DNA of 63,905 bases, counting the filler, from Chiloscyllium plagiosum (Eukaryota): the NCBI RefSeq assembly GCF_004010195.1. It is 6 parts of one record of this genome, joined end to end, with 100 filler letters (N's around TTAATTAATTAA, not from the genome) between each part and the next. Parts side by side here need not be neighbours in the genome. Positions count along the whole stretch, not along the records: positions 49,434 to 60,597 come from NC_057716.1; positions 60,698 to 63,905 come from NC_057716.1; 4 more parts are not named here. The stretch is one strand, 5' to 3'. The position numbers and the translations under genes were made by a program. How positions within the stretch are numbered: position 1 is the first letter of the stretch; the number at the start of each line of letters is the position of its first letter. Shown here one piece after another: positions 49,680-61,757 of this stretch. The notes under the pieces were generated by a model. That model was not told the origin of the DNA. It saw only the letters and a program-made list of their open reading frames with translations, and ran no database searches.

Positions 49680-52600
49680 CACAGATCACATCTACCGCTC
49701 TGGTCTCATCAATCCTCTTTGTTACTTCTTCAAAAAACTCAATCAGGTTTGTGAGACATGATGTTCCATGCATAAAGCCATGTTGATTATCTCCAATTAG
49801 TCTTTGCCTTTCAAATACATGCACATCATGTCCCTCAGGATTCCCTCCAACAACTTGCCCACCACTGACATCAGCCTCACTGGTCTATAGTTCCCTGACT
49901 TGTCTTTACCACCCTTCTTAAATAATGGCACCACGTTAGCCAACCTCCAGTCTTCCGGCACCTCACCTGTGACTATTGATGATACAAATATCTCAGTTAG
50001 AGACCCAGCAATCACTTCGCTAGCTTCCCACAGTGTTCTAGGTACACCTTATCAGGTCCTAAGGATTTATCCACTTTTATGTGTTTCAAGGCATCCAGCA
50101 CTTCCTCCTCTGTAATATGGGCATTTTTCAAGATGTCACCATCTATTTCCCTACTTTCTATATCTTCCATGTCCTTTTCCTCAGTAAATACTGATGCAAA
50201 ATTCTCATTTAGTATCTCCCCCATCTCCTTCTGCTCCACACAAAGGCCACCTTGCTGATCTTTGAGGGGCCCTATTCTCTCCCTAGTTACTCTTTTGTCC
50301 TTAATGTATTTGGAAAAACCCTTTGGATTCTCCTTAACTCTGCTTGCCAAAGCTATCTCATGTCCCCCTTTTGCTCTCCAGTATAATCCTAGTGCCTTTA
50401 TACTCTTCCAAGGATTCATTTGATGTGTCCTGTCTGTACCGGACATATGCTTCTTTCTTTTTCTTAAACAAACCCTGAATTTCTTTAGTCATCCAGCACT
50501 CTCTGTACCTAACAGCCTTTCCTTTCACCCCAACAGGAATATACTGTCTTTGGATTCTCATTATTTCATTTCTGAAGGCTTCCCATTTTCCAGCTATCCC
50601 TTTACCTACAAACATCTGCCCCAAATCATCTTTCGAAAGTTCTTGCTTAATACCGTCAAAATTAGCCTTTCTCGAATTTAGAACTTCAACCTTTAGATCT
50701 GGTCTATCTTTTTCCATCATTATTTTAAAACTAGTAGAATTATGGTCGCTGGCCCCAAAGTGCTCTCCCAATGACACCTCAGTCACCTGCCCTGCCTTAT
50801 TTCTCAAGAATAGATCAAGTTTTACAACTTCTCCAGTGAGTACATCCAAATACTGAATCAGAAAATTTTCTTGTACACGTTTAACAAATTCCTTTCCATC
50901 TAAACCCTAACACTATGGCAGTCCCAGTCTATGTTTGGATAGTTAAAATCCCCTACCATAACAACCTATTATTCTTACAGATAGCTGAGATCTCCTTACA
51001 AATTTGTTTCTCAATTTCCCTCTGACTATTAGGGGGTCTAGAGTGCAATATAATAAGGTGATCATCCCTTTCTTATTTCTCAGTTCCACCCAAGTAACTT
51101 CCCTGGATATATTTCCGGGAATATCCCCCCTCAGTACAGCTGTAATGCTATTCCTTATCAAAAACTCCACTTCCCCTCCTCTTTTTCCTCCCTTTCTGGA
51201 GCATTTGTATCCTGGAACATTAAGCTGCCAGTCCTGTCCATCCCTGAGCCAGTAATTGTTATGATATCCCAGTCCCATGTTCCTAACCATGCCCTGAGTT
51301 CATCTGCCTTCCCTGTTAGGCTGCTTGCATTGAAATAAATACAGTTTAATTTATCAGTCCTACCTGTTCTCTGCTTTGTCCCTGCCTGCCCTGATTGTTT
51401 GACTCGCTTCTTTTCTCAACTGTACCAGTCTCAGATTGATCGCTTTCTTCATAACATCCCTGGGTCCCCCTCCCCCACCTTACTTGTTTATATCCTCCTG
51501 AGCAGATCTAGCAAATCTCCCTGCCAATATTAGTCCCCTTCCAATTTAGGTGCAATCCATCCTTGCACAGGCCACCTCTACCCCAAAAGAGGTTCCAGTG
51601 ATCCAAAAATGTGAATCCTTCTCCCATACACCAGCTCCTCATCGATGCATTCATCTGCTCTATCCTACTATTCCTGCCCTCACTAGCTCTTGGCACTGGG
51701 ACTAATCCAGATATTACTACTCTCGAGGACCTCTTTTTTTTAACTTCCTGCCCAACTCTCTGTAATCTCCCTTCAGAATCTAAACCTTTCTGCCCTCACT
51801 AGCTCTTGGCACTGGGACTAATCCAGATATTACTACTCTCAAGGACCTCTTTTTTTAACTTCCTGCCCAACTCTCTGTAATCTCCCTTCAGAATCTAAAC
51901 CTTTTCCCTTCCTGCGTCGTTGACTCCAATGTGTACAATTACCTCCCGCTGGCCCCTCTCCCCCTTGAGAACATTCTGCACCCTCGCTGAGACATCCTTG
52001 ATCCTAGCACCAAGGAAGCAACACACCATTCTGATTTTTCACCGCTGGCCACAGAAACGTCTGTCCGTACCTCAGACTAGAGAGTCCCCTAACACAATCG
52101 ATTGCTTGAAACCCGAGTACCCCTCATTGCATTAGAGCCAGTCTCAATACCAGAAACTTGGCTGTTCGTGCTACGCTCCCCTGAGAATCCATCACCCCCT
52201 ACATTTTCCAAAACAGCATACCTGTTTGAAATGGGGATAGCCACAGACGACTGCTGCACTACCTGCCTACCTCTCTTTTTAGATTAGGTTCAATTCCTTA
52301 CAGTGTGGAAACAGGCCCTTCAGCCCAACAAGTCCACACCAACTCTTCAAAGAGCAACCCACCCAAACCCCTTTTCCCTCTGACTAATGCATCTAACACA
52401 ATGGGCAATTTAGCATGGCCATAACCTGCACATCTTTGGACTGTGGGAGGAAACCGGAGCACCCGGAGGAAACCCATGCAAACGTGGGGAGAATGTGCAA
52501 CCTCCACACAGACAGTCACCCAAGATTGGAATCGAACCTGGGACCTGGTGCTGTGAGGCAGCAGTGCTAACCACTGAGCCACCATGCCATCTCTCTTACT

Positions 52601-53470
52601 TTCCTGGAGTTAACCCATCTATGTGACTGTATCTGCGGCTTTTCACCCTTCCTATAACTGCTATCCATTACACCCCCTTGCTCTTGTAAATTCCTCATTG
52701 CCTCTAACTGTCGTTCCCATTGTTCTATTCGATCTGATAGGATTCACAACCAATGCTATTTATTGCACATATATTCCTCAGTAACACGTAAACTCTCTCT
52801 AAACTCCCACATCTGACAAGAAGAGCATATCACTTTACTAAGGGCCATTCTTGCTTCTTCCAATCTGCAGACCCAGAAAATAACACTGTCTTATTCCTCT
52901 ACAAAACACTGCTCCAGGCTAACTTAATACTTATGGCTTATATTTTTAAGTTTAATCAAGAGACATATCTCAATAAAACATATAATCAAGAAAGAACCCA
53001 CTCTACTCACTACTGCAGACTTACAGTAAGGCTGCAAGGCTACACTTAAAACTGTTGACTTATCTGTCTCTGTGCTGTGACCGCTCCCAAACAGGTTCCT
53101 CCAAGATCAGTTGTGAATTTCACTGTTTGTTCATTTTCCCAGACACACTTCAATATCTAGCAATACATGAATTCAACAACAAAGGCAGTAACTGTGCAGG
53201 TTCACGTGTGTCAGTTAGCAGTGTGGGTTTCTTTCTCTCCTGCACTGACCTCACAAAGTGCTACCTTTGTCTGTTCCTCTCCCTTTTAAAAATGACATTG
53301 TTTTGACTTTTATTTCCCCCCAAAGTTCCAAAACAATGCAACAGCATATAAAAACAGTAATTGCTGCTCGTGGAATTTGAGGAAATCAACTTCAACACCT
53401 TAAATATCTCAAAAAAGAAACAGCCTATTCCAGTCAGAAATGTTTCCCGTCCTCCACCTTGGATGACCCA
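49680..53470 (-). mobile_element. CR1 5' portion (5' UTR, ORF1 esterase, ORF2 endonuclease/RT start)
   Basis: KDGLHLNWKGTNI; GEHFGASDHN; EVPEDWRLANVVPLFKKG; QHGFMHGTSCLTNL; 116-bp tandem duplication 51674-51904. Confidence 0.9.
52280..52588 (-). mobile_element. HE1-type V-SINE, full length
   Basis: GGCATGGTGGCTCAGTGGTTAGCACTGCTGCCTCACAGC...GGTTCGATTCC head. Confidence 0.92.
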
Positions 53471-53778
53471 GATGAGCAAAGGTAGCTTTGATGATGAGCT
53501 TATGAATTGTTTTCAGGATAGTTTCTAGGAACAACACATTCTGGAGCTGACCAGTGAGCAGGTTATACTAGATCTGGCTTTGTGCAATGAGATAGAATTA
53601 ATGTTCTCACAGTGAAGGTGTCCTTAGGTCAAACATAACAAGACTGAGGGAAGGACAAGTGGGTCCCAGGCTGCTTTTTAAAAGAACTTAAGTAAGGACA
53701 ACTATGAAGACAGAATTGGATAAAGTGGATTTACAAATTAATATAAAGAATATGTCAATACAGATGCAGTAGAAGATT

Positions 53779-54010
53779 TTTAGATTAGATTAGATTACTT
53801 ACAGTGTGGAAACAGGCCCTTTGGCCCAACAAGTCCACAGCGACCCACCGAAGCGCAACCCACCCAGACCCATTCCCCTACATTTACCCCTTCGCCTAAC
53901 ACCAAGGGCAATTTACCATGGCCAATTCACCTAACCTGCACATCTTTGGATTGTGGGAGGAAACCGGAGCACCCGGAGGAAACCCACGCAGACACGGGGA
54001 GAATGTGCAA
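53779..54010 (-). mobile_element. HE1-type SINE 3' part
   Basis: V-domain plus (TAATC)n tail. Confidence 0.9.
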
Positions 54011-54135
54011 AATTATTTCTGGGGATATTTCAGAATACACATATATAATTACAAAATCATCCACAATAATATTCAAATTCCCCAGCATATCATCCAATTA
54101 TTTCTTAAATGGTTCTACAGTATCCATATTTGCAG

Positions 54136-54760
54136 TGTTACGATGCTCTCACTTTAAAAACTTTTTTTGTCTTGGGTTTTTTTTAAAGAGAGGTTGTAAA
54201 GGCAGAGGCACTGAAGTGACTGTAGGAGACTACCTAATTCAGCAATCAGACGAGGCCTCCAGTTATTTTTTTTAAAAGATGTAACATTAGAAGGGGAGTG
54301 CCCAGTTTTTCCAGATCAGGTTTTCTAGTATTTTTCAGCTGTAGCATGGAAGCTGTCTGGGTCCAAGAAGATTTGCAAGCTTCAGTAAAATAATTCCTGA
54401 CTGTGACTTTCTGAAATCTCTTGATGTTGTTCCCTCCTGGACTGGGAAAGTGCACACAAGAATCTGTATCTGAGTTCACCTTTTTGCCAAGCAATGTGTT
54501 TGTGGCATGTTGCTATTAGTAATTGGTACTGTAACAATTGTTCAGTTAAGTTTTCCAATAGTTAAGTTATTCTAATTTCCTCTTTCTTTTGTTTGTATTT
54601 TAACTATTGTGTTTAAATAAATTGTTTTGCTGAATGTCAAGTGGATGACTAGTTGCAGCACATCTGGAACATCTACTTGACATCTAGCTTTAAAATAAGT
54701 AAAAGTTAGGGTCTAGGCCACCTTAAAATATTTTGAGGGGGTCTAGTCTAGCCCATAACG
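54136..54760 (+). mobile_element. Candidate solo LTR
   Basis: Inverted-like termini TGTTACG...CATAACG, AATAAA at 54616; TSD not clear. Confidence 0.5.
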
Positions 54761-54999
54761 AAAGTTATCTTTCATTCATGACAATAATAGAGAAAATCAC
54801 TAATTAAAACAAAATCTTCATAACCTCGTCTCTCTTCTCTAACCAGTAATATAGTCACTGTTTAAGGTTTTAGGGAACCGAGCAAAATATTATTTAAAAA
54901 CACAATGAGTAGAAAGTTATGGCGTTACGGTGGCCATTATGTTTGTGCCAGTTCTCTGCAGGAGTTGCTCCTATCGTCACACTTTCTTTCCTTTTCAAA

Positions 55000-55545
55000 C
55001 GGTTTGCATTTACACAGCACCTGCCATGATCAGAGGAGATAAGGCAGGAACAGGATACTGATTAGGAATGATCAGCCATGATTATATTGAATGGCGGTGC
55101 AGGCTCGAAGGGCTGAATGGCCTACTCCTGCATCTATTGTCTATTGATGTTCTAAAGCACTTCAGAACCCATTCAGCACAAGTGAAGCCTCGATATTGTC
55201 ATAGCTTGAGTTACATGGCAACCAGTTTCGACACAGCAAGTTCCCGCAGACAGCTATTTATGGTAATCTGACATTCTCCTTTTACGACATTGATTGAGGA
55301 GTTGATGTTCGTGAGAACATAGGGGGATAAACGCAATGCTAACATTTTAACATCGTGTAAAGGGATATTTTAACATTGACATGAGACCAGGTAGCGGTGC
55401 AGGTTAACAGTTCATTCACAATATGGCACCTCTAGCTTCCCCAATACTGAGCTGGAGAGTCAGTCTTAATTTTTTTTATGCATTTCAGTCTCTCGAATGG
55501 GACTTGAACTCTCAATTTTTGAGTGGCAGTTAACTGAGCTGTGAT
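55000..55545 (-). mobile_element. Ancient Deu-domain SINE (SacSINE1-like) with a CR1 tail inserted at ~55035-55147
   Basis: TTTGCATTTACACAGCACC...CACAGCAAG.TCCC...GGGATATTTTAACAT...GGCACCTC...CTGGAG.GTCAG...TGGGACTTGAAC...ACTGAGC. Confidence 0.65.
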
Positions 55546-55739
55546 GCTCGGCGCTCAAGAGTTAACTTTCTACCTTCGGGTCAATAGCTGTCCTTAATTA
55601 TCCCAAAGAAAAGCTTTACAGGATGTTAGGGAAAGAGCAAGAGAGTTGGACTAATTGGAAAGCAGCTGCTAAAAGAGACAGCACCAGGGTGATGGGCCGA
55701 AGACCCGTTTGGAATGCTGAATATCTGTTTTTTTATGTC

Positions 55740-56400
55740 AGTGGGCCAAATACAGCGAAGAAACAAAACCGAAACCAAAATCAAAAATCGACGGTGCAAT
55801 TGAAAACTCAAATTATTTTCACAAAGTCGCCGTGTAAATAGCGCGGAATCTATTCGAAAATTGCGAAAGACTTTTAAATCCGACTAGAATCCATTTACTT
55901 TTGCTCCTTTGTGCGTGTTTCCTTTTATTTAACGTTCTTGCGTTTGACTCTGTTGACCTGAGAGTGGACGCCGTCTTGTGTCCCAGACCTGCACGGACGC
56001 TGCTTTATACATACCGCCAGCGCCTCCAGTTCAAACCGTTTAGCCGAAATGTCCCCAGTTTTCAGCGGAATCTCACTGTCACTTCACAATAGCTGCGTGA
56101 GCCTCCTTCGTTCCTGGGTGCAGGGGAAACAGCGCCGTGCAGGCTGGGACAAGTAACCGAGCATGTTTCTTATTACAGGAAGCAGTGGTAACTGCGAAAG
56201 GAAAGGAGATAGTGTTCGCCAGTATTGCAACAGTACTGGGAACAAATGTCTGGAAAATTGACGCTGAAGCACTTGACTCAACCTTACCCCCGCCGCAGAC
56301 CCTCCTTGTCCTGCTGCCGCCTCGCTCGAAGCCGATCACATCTCTATTTTTTTTCTCTGTTCACAATATCTACAAAGGGCCTTCGTGATCTGAAACATTA
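55740..56400. promoter_or_regulatory. CpG-undepleted island, probable promoter / first-exon region
   Basis: About 38 CpG in ~650 bp of mostly non-repeat DNA in an otherwise CpG-poor window. Confidence 0.7.
56015..56340 (-). other. Putative non-coding exons (~56340-56288 and 56191-56015) separated by a 96-nt intron
   Basis: Donor GGG|GTAAGG, acceptor CTCCTTTCCTTTCGCAG|, donor GCG|GTATGT; stops in all three frames of the spliced product. Confidence 0.45.
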
Positions 56401-56739
56401 GTTCTTTTTCTCTGTCTGGCCTGTTGAGTGTCTCCAGCATTTGCTGTTTTCAGTTCGGATTTCGGATATATTTTGTTCCTGCCATATCGTGCTGAATTGT
56501 TGCACTCTAGATTTTAAGGAGTTCTCACACCATTTTGCCAATGGAGTAGGAATAGGTGATTTAGCCATTGCCGCCTGCTCAACCATCTTGGTTGATCTCA
56601 TCTCGTCCCAATTTTCCTGCCCGCTGCCTATAATCGGTGTAACCTGTTACTACAGTGGTGCTCTCGGTGGTAGTGAATTGCACAGTTTAGGCCTTATCAG
56701 TTTGCCAAATGTGAATTAGCATGGACTCAGGGCTAGAAT

Positions 56740-57475
56740 GGCATGAGTCACACCAAACACTGTCCACAATCTACACTGCACATGTCAAACGTGAAGGAAT
56801 ACATCCCACTTGTGTGAATAAGTGCAGGTCCAGCAATACTCAAAATGTTCAAAGTCACCCAGGACAATGCAGCCTGCTTAATAGGTACCCTGTTTAACCC
56901 TTCCAGCAAGGCGAAAGTGAGGGCTGCAGATGCTGGAGGGTAGAGTGGAGAGTGTGGTGCTGGAAAAGCACAGCAGGTCAGGCAGCCTCCAAGGAGCAGG
57001 AAAATTGACATTTCGGGTGTGCTTTTGCCCAAAATGTCGATTTTCCTGCTCCTCGGATGCTGCCTGACCTGCTGTGCTTTTCCAGCACCACACTCTCCTC
57101 TATCAGCAATCACTCCCTTCAACGATGCACGTCACCATCTACAAGATGCACTTCAGCAACTCACGTAAGCTGCTTCAACATCACCTGCCAAATCTGTGAC
57201 CTGTATCTCCTAGAAAGTCAAAGGCAGCAGAGACATGGTAACACCGTCCCTACAAGTTTCCCTCCAAAACACATACCATCCTGACTTGAAACGATGTTAT
57301 CATTCCTTCACTATCATTTGATCAAAATCCTGGTACTCCTTTCATTGTAAGTACATTACTTATACTCCCAATGACAGCAACAGTTCAAGAAAGTTCACCA
57401 CCATCTCCTCAAGGGCAAATAGGGAAAAGCTATAACTGCTGACATAACCAGCAATGTTCCCATCCCATGAAAAAA
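56740..57475 (+). mobile_element. Old CR1-group LINE 3' end containing a fold-back Penelope repeat (56910-57103, TSD CAGCAA)
   Basis: Degenerate EY.PL...AGPA.LK....TQDNAACLI and IYKMHFSN; same family on minus at ~62205-62372. Confidence 0.7.
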
Positions 57476-57589
57476 TAAACTAATTTGAAACTATTATGAT
57501 CTCCAGGACAGGTGGGATTTGAATCTGAACTTGGTGGCTCAAGTGTAGATATGCTGGCTTACAAGTCTGTAGATATTGTGAACTGTCAG

Positions 57590-58780
57590 TACAGGTACAC
57601 AGGGGTGGTGAAGAAGGCATAGGGATGCTTGCCTTCATTTACCAGGTTGTAGAATATAGGGAACTCTTGTTTAAATTTTATATTGCATTGGGTAGGTCAC
57701 AGATGGAATAGTGTGTATGGTTCTGGTCACCACACTATTAGAAGGATGTGTTTGCACTGAAGAGAGTGCAAAGGAGGTTCACCAGGATGTTGCCTGAGAA
57801 AGTCTCAGTTATGAGGAGAAACCTACGTCATATTGGTAGGCTGAGTTTGTTTTCCCTGGAGTGGAGGAGGCTGAGTGGGGATCTGATTGAGATAAACAAA
57901 ATTATGAGAGGCATAGACAGGTTAGATCATAAGAATCTTTTCCCCATGATAGGAATATCTAAGCCAGAGAGCATAAGTTTATCGTGACGTGTAAGTAGTT
58001 TAGAGGGGATCTGAGGAGAGAATTTTCACCCAAAGTGTGATAGAAATATGAAATGAGCTGACTGAGAGGGTGGTGGAGACAAATACTTTTGCAACATTTA
58101 AGAAGTGGCAAATTGGTGCTCATAGAGTCACAAAGACATACAGCATAGAAACAGGCACAGCATCAAAGGACAGGAGCAGGAGAATCGACGTTTTGGGCAT
58201 AAGCCCTTCATCAAGATTAAGGGCTTATGCATGAACCATTGATTCTCATGCTCCTCGAATGCTGCCTGACCTGCTGTGCTTTTCCAGCAACACACTCTCA
58301 ACTCTGCAGCATCTGCAGTCCTCACTTTCTACTACAACATTTAAGAATGTGGGATATAAATGAATTAATGTTATTTCTGCAAGTATAAATTCTGATACAG
58401 AATGGGAATGAGAAAATAGATATTCAGCAAAAAGAAAGCATGAGACGTGACAGGCACAGCATCAAAGGACAGGAGCAGGAGAATCGACGTTTTGGGCATA
58501 AGCCCTTCATCAAGATTAAGGGCTTATGCATGAACCATTGATTCTCATGCTCCTCGAATGCTGCCTGACCTGCTGTGCTTTTCCAGCAACACACTCTCAA
58601 CTCTGCAGCATCTGCAGTCCTCACTTTCTACTACAACATTTAAGAAGCATCTGGATGAGCACTTAAAATGCCAGGGCTTTGGACAAAGTGCAGGTAATTG
58701 GGATTAGTGTAGCTTGGTGTTTGTTGATCAGACATTGTGGAAGGGCCTGTTTCTATGCTGTATGTCTTTGTGACTCTGTG
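57590..58780 (+). mobile_element. CR1 3' end disrupted by a complex insertion (58105-58646)
   Basis: ALKRVQRRFTRMLP...RRLSGDLIEI.KIMRG; resumes at CAACATTTAAGAAGCATCTGG. Confidence 0.85.
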
Positions 58781-59358
58781 AGCACCAATTTGCCACAACA
58801 ACCATGCCCCGAATGTTCAGGTTCTTTGTTTTGTTAACATTTGTAAGAAAATAAACATATTTTAACATGGCACTGTGTTATTCATGGATTTACATTCATA
58901 AAGAAATGGTCCTCTCATTTGGCACTGATGTAAGTAGAAGATCATGTTTGCTATTATTTATCAATGCACTTAACCATTGCCTGCAATATTAACAATGTGT
59001 GCTGTCAACATATGCATTGATTAGCCAGACCTTCATTATCTCATCACTACAGAGATGATTAGATATTAGACATGCTTACTATTAGTTTGATTGCCAAGTA
59101 GAAAGCTCTGGTTAGACCACACTTGGAGGATTTGGTTGGGTTATACCATAATAAGGATGTATTGACCTTGGAGGAAGTGTGGTATTGGTTTATCAGAATG
59201 ATTTCATGGACACCGCAAGTTGCAAGGAGAAATTAAACAAACCAGGAATGTATCCCCAGACTAAGGTGTGATTTAACCAAAGTGTGCAGGATATTAGGGT
59301 GAACAGATATGGTCAATAGAGCTAAACCATTTCTACTAGTTAGTAAGCCATGGACAAA

Positions 59359-59672
59359 GGAGTGGCACAGTGGTTAGCACTGTTGCACTCACAGTGCCAG
59401 AGACCCGGGTTCAATTCCCACCTCAGGCGACTCTCTGTGTGGAGTTTGCACATTCTCCCCGTGTCTGCGTGGGTTTCCTCTGAGTGCTCTGGTTTCCTCC
59501 CACAATCCAAAAAAATGTGCAGGTTAGGTGAGTTGGCCATGCTAAATTGTCCGTAGTGATTGGTGAAGGGGTAAATGTAGGGGAATGGGTCTGGGTGGGT
59601 TGCGCTTCCGTGGGTCAGTGTGGACTTGTTGGGCCGAAGGGCCTGTTTCCACACTGTAAGTAATCTAATCTA
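59359..59672 (+). mobile_element. HE1-type V-SINE, full length
   Basis: GTGGCACAGTGGTTAGCAC...GGTTCAATTCC head, V-domain, TAATCTAATC tail. Confidence 0.92.
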
Positions 59673-60330
59673 CTCGTAAAGGAGAAAGATTAGAGCTAGA
59701 CATTTCAGGAATAACAACAGGAAGCCTTTCTTTGCACAAAGGGTGACAGAAACAATAAAAAGCAATTGATGCCAGAGAAATTATTGATTTTAAAATTGTA
59801 ATTCCACTTTGGGGAAATCTAAAACGAGGGGATAAAGTGACAGAATAAGGGGACACCCATTTAAAACTGAGCTGCAGAAGAATTTCATCTTTCCAAGATT
59901 GGTGAATATCTGGAATTCTCTAAATTGGGGAGTTCTGGAGACTACATTGCTGAAAGTAATCAAAGGGGTGCATGGATTTTTGAAATATTAGAGAGTTGAG
60001 GACTCTGAGGAGCTGGCATGAAACAGAAGTTGAGACCTGATAGAATGCAAGTACAGTCTTGACAGGCTGAACGGCCTGCTCCTGCTCCTACTTCTTATAT
60101 TTTCAGATTATTGTTGACAATATCTTTTAAGGGACATGGGACAGAGATGGTTTATTTGGAGTTAGGTAACAGATCAACCAAAATACTCTGTAAATGTTGA
60201 AACAGGATTGAGGAGCTAAAGCCCTCATCCTGATAAGTGCCAGCAATGATTTAATGATCACTGAAAACAAAAAATGCGAAAAATCACAGCAGATCAGGCA
60301 GTATCCATGGAGAGAGCAAGCTAACGTTTC

Positions 60331-60597
60331 AATGGAGAGCGACCGAAGCTTCCATCTGCCCAGTTTCTGCCTCACTTTGCTGATACGCTCCCCCCAAGAC
60401 TTGGCGCATGCCCCAGCCCCCCCGAACCAAATACCCAGCACCTTCAGGTGGTCGGTCCTGACGGTGAAGGGGATCGAGGATTAGTCGGCCCGGTTCCCGA
60501 AGAGCATGGCCTCGCTCTTGCCTTGGTTTACCTTGGCCCCCGAGGCCTGTTCGAACTGGTCACATATGCACATGAGTCTGCGCACGGACAGTGGATC
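60331..60597 (-). mobile_element. Tx1-clade ORF2 RT fragment
   Basis: FEQASGAKVNQGKSEAM...HLKVLGIWFG...KLGRWKLRSLSI; one internal stop. Confidence 0.88.
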
Positions 60598-60697
60598 NNN
60601 NNNNNNNNNNNNNNNNNNNNNNNNNNNNNNNNNNNNNNNNNTTAATTAATTAANNNNNNNNNNNNNNNNNNNNNNNNNNNNNNNNNNNNNNNNNNNN

Positions 60698-61031
60698 TTT
60701 CTGCTGATGGGTGAGTGCCGAACCAGAGGACCCAGCTTAAAAATACGGGGTAGACCATTTAGGACAGAGATGGGGAGAAACTTCTTCACCCAGAGAGTGT
60801 TGGCTGTGTGGAATGCTCTGCCCCAGAGGGCAGTGGAGGCCCAGTCTCTGGATTCATTTAAGAAAGAGTTGGATAGAGCTCTCAAAGATAGTGGAATCAA
60901 AGGTTATGGAGATAAGGCAGGAAGAGGATACTGATTAGGAATGATCAACCATGATCATATTGAATGGCGGTGCAGGCTCGAAGGGCTGAATGGCCTACTC
61001 CTGCACCTATTGTCTATTGTCTATTGTCTAT
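60698..61031 (+). mobile_element. Young CR1 3' end
   Basis: FRTEMGRNFFTQRVLAVWNALP; (TCTATTG)n tail. Confidence 0.93.
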
Positions 61032-61556
61032 TTTTGAACATAACAGTGGGCAAAGACCACAGTCAGGTCTTCCTGCCGAAGTTAAATGGAGGTCCGTTCA
61101 GTTATCGGACCCTCCCAATACCTTAAATGGATGTAAACACAGTCTGGATCAAGTCAGAGATGCCTGGGTCAAATTCCAATGTTTGTTTATTTCAACATAT
61201 CCTACTATGCAAAACTGAACTAGGTATATGTATAATGATATATTTTGTGAATAAAGTATATTTTTGAAATTAAAAAGTAGTGATTCATGATTTCACTCCA
61301 ATACTCACTGCAGCTGAGTCCCTGCTTTTTATCTTCTTACACTCACCCCTCACTTTACATCTTTGCTCCATTGCTCCAAATTCCCAAATATACTTACTCA
61401 GTCGCTGTCTCACTCGGGGAAAGACTCCACTCACACTGTTCATATGCTCATTCTGATCACGTGGTGCAAAAAACATCCCTTGTTTTATCTTTCTTTACAT
61501 CCAGAAATGCAATCACACGCAACTGAACAGCCTTTCCCACCACCAACTCACCTGCG

Positions 61557-61757
61557 TCAAGAGTGTGGTGCTGGTAAAGTACAGCATCTGAGGAGCAGGA
61601 ATGTCGATGTTACAGGCATAAGACCTTCACCTTTCCTGATGAAGGGTTTATGCTCAAAACGTTGATTCTCCTGCTCCTCGGATGCTGCCTGACCTGCTGC
61701 GCTTTTCCAGCACCACACTCTTGACTCTGATCTCCAGCATCTGCAGTCCTCACTTTG
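61557..61757. mobile_element. Fold-back Penelope terminal repeat, ~15-bp TSD
   Basis: TSD ACCAACTCACCTG(C/T)G at 61542-61556 and 61758-61772. Confidence 0.85.

Noticed and set aside
52530..52588. tRNA-like sequences at SINE heads (also 714, 30710, 59359, 62770)
   Set aside because: No complete cloverleaf; they continue into SINE bodies.
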